Assembly (NCBI GenBank): GCA_945877135.1
Contig: CAMCQY010000005.1
Coordinates: 1-60,922, forward strand
Source of the DNA: Candidatus Kuenenia stuttgartensis
GTDB lineage: Bacteria; Planctomycetota; Planctomycetia; Pirellulales; UBA1268
Direction of reading: 5' to 3'
DNA length: 60,922 nucleotides
Within the stretch, counting starts at the first letter, position 1, and each line of letters starts with the position of its first letter. Under the pieces are notes generated by a model. That model saw only the letters and a program-made list of their open reading frames with translations, was not told the DNA's origin and searched no databases. Position numbers and translations under genes: made by a program. This document shows positions 56,601-60,922 of this stretch, piece after piece.

Positions 56601-57237
56601 CACGCACGGCACCGGCGAACTTGGTCAGGCGAAGCCGAAGAGCGATGTGGTGATCGGTGGGCTCGTTGGCGCGCTCAAGCTCTCAAACGTGAAGCAGCCG
56701 AGGCCTGGCTCCACGCACACTCGCTACGGCATGTTCGACCTCGAGGACATGGACGGGCTCGTCCGCTCAATCTGCTGGCCTGAAGACTACGCCAGACTCG
56801 GAGCGTTTCTGCAGCCCGACGCCGTGGTCGTGGTGGCTGGCTCGATCGACCGGCGTGCGGGAAGCGAGGAGACGAATCTGATCGTCAACGACCTCGTGCC
56901 AATCGCCGACCTTTGGGGCAAACCGGCCCGCAGCGTGACGGTGAAACTGATCGAGATGCAGCACGACACCGGCACGCTCGACCGGCTGGCGGCCGTCGTG
57001 CGTCGGCATCCGGGACAGGTGCCGCTGCGGCTTGTCCTTGAATTGGCCGACGGCCGCCGCGTGCTGATGGAGGCCGACCGCGACAAGGTGGCCTGGTCGC
57101 AGGCGTTTCATCGGGAAATCGTCGATCTCCTCGGGCCAGACTGCCTGCGAGCGCCGATCACCCTTGCCGGTAAGAAACGCGAGGCCGAAACGGCCCGCCG
57201 CGGCCCGCCGGGACGTTCGCCTGCGGGGGTTGGGTAG
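53602..57237 (+). CDS. dnaE: DNA polymerase III alpha subunit
   Basis: HLHCHSHYSLLDG (PHP), RGSG, PDIDIDF, KMDFLGL, FAGYGFNKSH, OB-fold. Confidence 0.98.
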   Translation: MSTQSFVHLHCHSHYSLLDGASTIDRLVDRAVELGMNSLAITDHGNLHGALEFYQTAKAATLNPIIGYEAYIAPGSRFQKDAGSQKDASYHLTLLARDRTGFNNLLQLATKAYLEGFYFKPRIDRDLLDQYGEGIIVLSGCLSSEFNRALIGSSREQRESLAQAREVASWFQKRFGDRYFIEIQDNGLEVQRQVTDAALELSRELGIPPVATCDCHYVNREDAEAQDILLCVNTGRFRSDASRMRMDSSEFYLKSPTEMHAAFADLDRDFVAAAVNRSQEIANSVSIELDLGKRHFPGFDVPSGLTAADELRRLCLEGLRERYRNVPKRWAEETADGGGRVLHPQVMERLERELGVINTLGFASYFLIVWDFVRYAREVDIPAAARGSGVGALVAYSLYLSHVCPLEYDLLFERFLDINRREAPDIDIDFCKERRGEVIDYVKRKYGEANVAQIGTFGTLAARAAIRDVGRALGLAIPRVDQIVALVPDQLNISLEEAAAPGSQLAAACEADSEVRELVDLAQRIEGLARNVGTHAAAVVIADRPLVEYVPLQRVTGKEEVITQWAMGDVERAGLMKMDFLGLRYLTVVSKTLGIISATRGSRPDPLAFPLDDQPTFDTLCRGETKGIFQLESGGIRDLLQRMKPDQFLDIVAVNALYRPGPLEGGMVDDYVAVKHRRKRAEYLHPVMKDVLEETHGVMVYQEQVMRILERLGGIELSSAYTCIKAISKKKLETIAAFREQFVDGAKAKGLSKNEAEELFGLIEKFAGYGFNKSHSTAYALLAWQTAYLKTHFPVEFMAALLSGDITGRNFKKKDALVEHIEDCRRMGIDVMPPDVNASGADFTVADGKILFGLAAIKGCGGQASEAINAEFKRNGRFRDLYDFCSRVDPSLVNKTAVESLAKAGALDSLGGHRGAIMAGIERALAAGASRLADRKSGQKNLFDALDDAPQAAAAPPPSTLPDVALLTDLEMRSAEKEVLGYYVHSHPLAEYSNVLSAVCTHGTGELGQAKPKSDVVIGGLVGALKLSNVKQPRPGSTHTRYGMFDLEDMDGLVRSICWPEDYARLGAFLQPDAVVVVAGSIDRRAGSEETNLIVNDLVPIADLWGKPARSVTVKLIEMQHDTGTLDRLAAVVRRHPGQVPLRLVLELADGRRVLMEADRDKVAWSQAFHREIVDLLGPDCLRAPITLAGKKREAETARRGPPGRSPAGVG

Positions 57238-57378
57238 GCCCTGCGGCCTGGGGGGACAGTGGCAAGCGACGGGAGGGCGCCCGCCGGGGCGAAAAACTCC
57301 AATCTGTTCGCATCCGCCGACCGAACTAGCCTCTGAGAGACTGCCTCGGTTCGCTCCACTTTTTCCCAAGGCGATTCA

Positions 57379-58923
57379 ATGGCTCGAACACTCCCAAGGC
57401 TTGTGACCATCGCGATCGCGCGGACTTCTCGGTGGCTTCGTCCTGCGGCCTGCGCCGCGGTCATCGTGCTGCTCGCCGTGCAATGCGGCCCGGCCCAAGG
57501 CCAAGGTATGGGTGGTGGCGGTATGGGTGGCGGTGGCATGGGTGGCGGTGGCATGGGTGGTGGCGGCATGGGTGGTGGCGGCCAGGGTGGCGGTGGCCAG
57601 GGGGGTGGTGGCATGGGTGGCGGCATGACGGCCGCTGGCATCGTGATCGATGCGAATGGTGTTTTGCGGACGCAGACCGTCATAGGCGGCGGGCTGTCGG
57701 CCGAGCGCGTGAAGGCGGCAGTGACAGTCCTTCCCGCAGAACTACAGACCAAATCACCGCTGCGAAAGGTAGCCCTCTCCCGACTCGAGGCGGAGGTTGC
57801 CAAGGCCGCCGCGACCGGCCGGGGCATTCCCGACGAACTTGCGAAACTCGCCGGCCTGACCCGAGTGCAGTACGTCTTCATCTATCCCGCCGACGGATCG
57901 GGCCAGGATACCGCTCCGGGCGAGGTGGTGATTGCCGGCCCTGCGGAGCCGTGGGTGACCGATGCCACGGGCCGCGTCGTGGGCACCGCGACCGGCTCGC
58001 CGACCGTCCTACTGGAAGACCTCGCGACGGCGATCCGGGCCTTTCCACCGGGCCAGCCGACAGACCACACCATCGGCTGTTCGATCGATCCGACGCAGGA
58101 AGGCCTTGCTGCAATGCAGGCGTATCTGCGGAAACTCGGCCGGGTCAATCCCAAGGCCAGTGCCAGCGACATCGTCAACGGCATGCGTGAGTCGCTCGGT
58201 TCCCAACGGATTCGAGTTGACGGCGTCTCTCCTGTCAGCCACTTCGCCCAGGTAATGGTGGAGGCAGACTACCGAATGAAGCTCATCGGTATCGGCCTGG
58301 AGCGGCCGCCGGTGAAGATGAACAGCTGGATCGAACTAACCAGCGCCGGCGGCGTGGCGGCCAACGCCCTGCAGCGTTGGTACTTCATGCCCGACTACCA
58401 GTGCATCCGCACCAGCGAGGATGACCTCGCCATCGAACTGGTGGGCCGGGGCGTGAAACTGGTTGGCGCTGATGAGGCGGTGTTGCCTGACGGCCGCCGC
58501 ATGACCGCCGACCGGGCCGACCGGGCGAGCAAAACGTTCACCGAGACGTTCACGCGAAAATACCCGGAGATCGCGGCCCGCCATCCGGTCTACGCCCAAC
58601 TCCGCACGCTCATCGATCTGACTGTGCTAGCTGCCTACCTACAGGAACACGATGGCTACGGCCGGACGCAGTGGGACGCGGCGGCCCTGCGGGACGAGCA
58701 GATCTGTGCGACCGCACGGTTCCAGTCCCCTACAGTCGTGGAGCCTGCCATCAACGCCGTCTGGCGTGGTAGCCGGCTGCTCACACCGATCGGCGGCGGC
58801 ATCACACTCCAACCGCGGATGGCCCTCGATTCGCCCAACCTGCTGATGGACGAGAAGGGCACCGTGGCCGCCGCTCGCGGCGACAAACTCGCCGTTCCTG
58901 CCGGCCGCTGGTGGTGGGACTGA
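57379..58923 (+). CDS. Secreted DUF1598-like protein
   Basis: AG..IDA.GVL, LRKV.L.RLE, LAGL.RV.YVF.YP, IAGPAE, GCSIDP, EADYRMKLIGIG, C-terminal WWWD. Confidence 0.8.
   Translation: MARTLPRLVTIAIARTSRWLRPAACAAVIVLLAVQCGPAQGQGMGGGGMGGGGMGGGGMGGGGMGGGGQGGGGQGGGGMGGGMTAAGIVIDANGVLRTQTVIGGGLSAERVKAAVTVLPAELQTKSPLRKVALSRLEAEVAKAAATGRGIPDELAKLAGLTRVQYVFIYPADGSGQDTAPGEVVIAGPAEPWVTDATGRVVGTATGSPTVLLEDLATAIRAFPPGQPTDHTIGCSIDPTQEGLAAMQAYLRKLGRVNPKASASDIVNGMRESLGSQRIRVDGVSPVSHFAQVMVEADYRMKLIGIGLERPPVKMNSWIELTSAGGVAANALQRWYFMPDYQCIRTSEDDLAIELVGRGVKLVGADEAVLPDGRRMTADRADRASKTFTETFTRKYPEIAARHPVYAQLRTLIDLTVLAAYLQEHDGYGRTQWDAAALRDEQICATARFQSPTVVEPAINAVWRGSRLLTPIGGGITLQPRMALDSPNLLMDEKGTVAAARGDKLAVPAGRWWWD
57508..57627 (+). 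repeat. 15-bp coding tandem repeat (M/Q)GGGG x ~8
   Basis: ATGGGTGGYGGYGGY units from 57508. Confidence 0.9.
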
Positions 58924-58929
58924 GTTCAC

Positions 58930-59181
58930 GCGAAACACCGGCATCCTGCCGGTTTTCGCTTGGCGGGCATCCGCCCGCTGGTGCTGGGCCGCCATCCTGG
59001 CGGCCAGCGATTTGACGCTGTACCGGCATCACGCCGGCCATATCCGTGAGGGGCTGCCCGTGTCCCGAGAGCCGGCGTTGCTGACCAGCGCAGGCACGAT
59101 GCCGGAGCGCAGTCAGCATCGAGTGAGCGAAGGGCAGGATGCCCGTAGCGAACGTCCGGCGACGGGGCATTGGCAGCCCCG
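58930..59181. repeat. Cluster of ~7 short GC-rich palindromes (REP/BIME-like)
   Basis: CCGGCA-TCC-TGCCGG, GCGGGC-ATCC-GCCCGC, GCCGCCA-TCC-TGGCGGC, CCGGC-ATCAC-GCCGG, GGCA-CGA-TGCC, GGGCA-GGA-TGCCC, CGGGGC..GCCCCG. Confidence 0.7.
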
Positions 59182-59206
59182 AACCCTTGCGTGCAACTCC
59201 CGCCGT

Positions 59207-59776
59207 CTACTCTTTCACGCGTTCCAGGTAGTCCGCGGTGCGGGTGTCGATCTTCACGAAGTCACCCTGCTCGATGAACGCGGGCACGATCACTTCGGCA
59301 CCGGTCTCGAGCTTCACAGGCTTGGTGAGGTTGGTCGCCGTATTGCCCCGCATGGCCGGCTCGGCGTACTCGACCTTGAGCACCATGTGATTCGGCGGCT
59401 CCATCGAAATTGGATTGCCGTTGTAGAGCAGCATCGAGCAGACGGTGCCCTCCTTGATCCACTTCCAGGAGTCGTCCACCTGTTCCTTCGTCAGTTCGTA
59501 TTGCTCGTAGGTGGCGTTGTCCATGAAGACGAACATCTCCGCCTGCTTGTAGAGGAACTGGGCGTCGATGGTGGCGATGTCGGCCGCATCGAGGGAGTCG
59601 CCGCTTTTGTAGGTGCGGTCGAGCACGGTGTTGCGCAGCAGATTCCGCAACTTACACTTGTAGAGTGCCTGCCCCTTGCCGGGCTTCACGAAGTTGCACT
59701 CGATCATGATGTAGGGGTCGCCGTCGATCTGAACCTTGAGCCCCTTCTTGAATTCACTCGTGTTGTAGCCTGCCAC
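59207..59776 (-). CDS. efp: Elongation factor P
   Basis: FVKPGKGQA, FM...YEQ, RGNTA...KP..LETG...VP.FI..GD..KIDTR...Y..R; GTG start with AGGAG. Confidence 0.97.
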   Translation of the reverse strand: MAGYNTSEFKKGLKVQIDGDPYIMIECNFVKPGKGQALYKCKLRNLLRNTVLDRTYKSGDSLDAADIATIDAQFLYKQAEMFVFMDNATYEQYELTKEQVDDSWKWIKEGTVCSMLLYNGNPISMEPPNHMVLKVEYAEPAMRGNTATNLTKPVKLETGAEVIVPAFIEQGDFVKIDTRTADYLERVKE

Positions 59777-59937
59777 TGCGTCGGTCTCTCCTGTGCGTTT
59801 CCATCCGGGGCCAAAGGGCCGTATCGTATGCGGATGCTGGCGAAGCCGACACCCGCCCGAGGGCCCATCAGGGCCGTCAAGCCTTGCCGCCGGCCGGTTC
59901 CCTGTCAACCCGACACCACGGCCCACCGGCCGCACCC

Positions 59938-60922
59938 ATGCCCGCCCCGCCATTCACCGACACGCCCGCCCCGCCGACGCCGCCCGAGCCCGCTGCCCCA
60001 GCCCGGCCATTCAAGCCGGCCGATCGAGGCTGGCAGCGTGAACTGGCCGACGCCGTCCGTGATCCCTTCGAACTCTGCAGGCTGCTGTCGCTCGATCCCG
60101 CCATCGCCGCCGATGCAGGCCGCGCCGCCGGTGCCTTTCCGCTCCTTGTGCCGCGGGGGTTCATCGCCCGGATGAAGCCTGGCGACCCGCACGATCCGCT
60201 CCTGCTGCAGGTGCTTCCGAGACCGGCCGAACGCACGCACGTGCCAGGCTTCACAACCGATCCCTTGGAGGAAGCAAACTCGCTGGCGTCACCCGGCCTC
60301 GTGCAAAAGTATGCCGGCCGCGCGCTGCTGTTGGCGACTGGCGGCTGCGCGATCAACTGCCGCTACTGCTTTCGACGCGAGTTTCCCTACGCCGAGAGCG
60401 GCGCGACGCAGGCCGGCATCGAGGCAGCCCTCGATACACTCGCGGCGGACACGACGATCCACGAAGTGATCCTCTCCGGCGGCGACCCACTCCTGCTCGA
60501 CGACGACCGTCTGGCGAGGCTTGTCACGCGACTCGAGTCGATGCCGCACATGCGTCGGTTGCGGATTCATTCCCGACTGCCGATCGTGCTGCCCTCGCGG
60601 GTGACTGCCGGGCTGACGGAGACCCTCTCCCGCACCAGGCTGAGCTGCGTCGTGGTGGTGCATGCCAACCATCCGGCCGAACTCGACGCCACCGTCGAGG
60701 CCGCTATCGCCCGCCTGGCTGACGCCAGGCCGATCCTGCTCAACCAAGCCGTGTTATTGGCAGGGGTGAACGACGCCGTTGAAGTGCTCACGCAGCTTTC
60801 CGAGCGGCTCATCGAACTCGGCATCGTGCCCTACTACCTCCACCTGCTCGACCGCGTGCAGGGCACGGCGGCGTTCGAGGTGGACGAAGCGTCGGCCCGG
60901 GCGCTGCACGAACAATTGCGGG
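59938..60922 (+). CDS. epmB: EF-P beta-lysylation protein EpmB (lysine 2,3-aminomutase, radical SAM), 3'-truncated
   Basis: Not in ORF track; manual translation WQRELADAVRDP..DPLLLQVLP..CAINCRYCFRR..LSGGDPL..HSRLPIVLP..HANHP..LNQAVLL.GVND..PYYLH; divergent from efp. Confidence 0.93.
   Translation, partial: MPAPPFTDTPAPPTPPEPAAPARPFKPADRGWQRELADAVRDPFELCRLLSLDPAIAADAGRAAGAFPLLVPRGFIARMKPGDPHDPLLLQVLPRPAERTHVPGFTTDPLEEANSLASPGLVQKYAGRALLLATGGCAINCRYCFRREFPYAESGATQAGIEAALDTLAADTTIHEVILSGGDPLLLDDDRLARLVTRLESMPHMRRLRIHSRLPIVLPSRVTAGLTETLSRTRLSCVVVVHANHPAELDATVEAAIARLADARPILLNQAVLLAGVNDAVEVLTQLSERLIELGIVPYYLHLLDRVQGTAAFEVDEASARALHEQLR

Noticed and set aside
53602-57237. Intein or split in dnaE
   Set aside because: The usual insertion region KFAGYGFNKSH is uninterrupted and length is normal

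Overview
High-GC bacterial chromosome segment, most likely from a planctomycete (Pirellulales-like). This is inferred from the DUF1598-like protein, the Hanks kinase/FHA and CHAT-TPR proteins, and REP-like palindromes; no search was run. Bases 1-23.9 kb form one minus-strand surface-polysaccharide locus led by a NusG paralog. It encodes PglF, a DegT aminotransferase, two initiating phosphoglycosyl transferases, an ACP/acyl-ligase/FabG/acetyltransferase module, Wzx, a Wzy-like protein, six GT-B transferases, a GME-like epimerase and a deacetylase. A divergent Wza carries an unexpected C-terminal 'CWVAREVYG' domain. The rest is mostly core or ordinary genes (ABC exporter, TSUP, mraZ, MarC/CDF, MFS, ThDP decarboxylase, tRNA-Arg, dnaE, efp, epmB). 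The most unusual signals are non-coding: a GGA-rich CsrB/Rsm-like structured segment 3' of an orphan mraZ, a ~180-nt unclassified structured RNA with its own promoter and terminator, 88-bp tRNA-linked tandem repeats, and a 15-bp symmetric bidirectional promoter between two apparently leaderless genes. No integrase, transposase or CRISPR array was seen. All calls come from reading motifs by eye.
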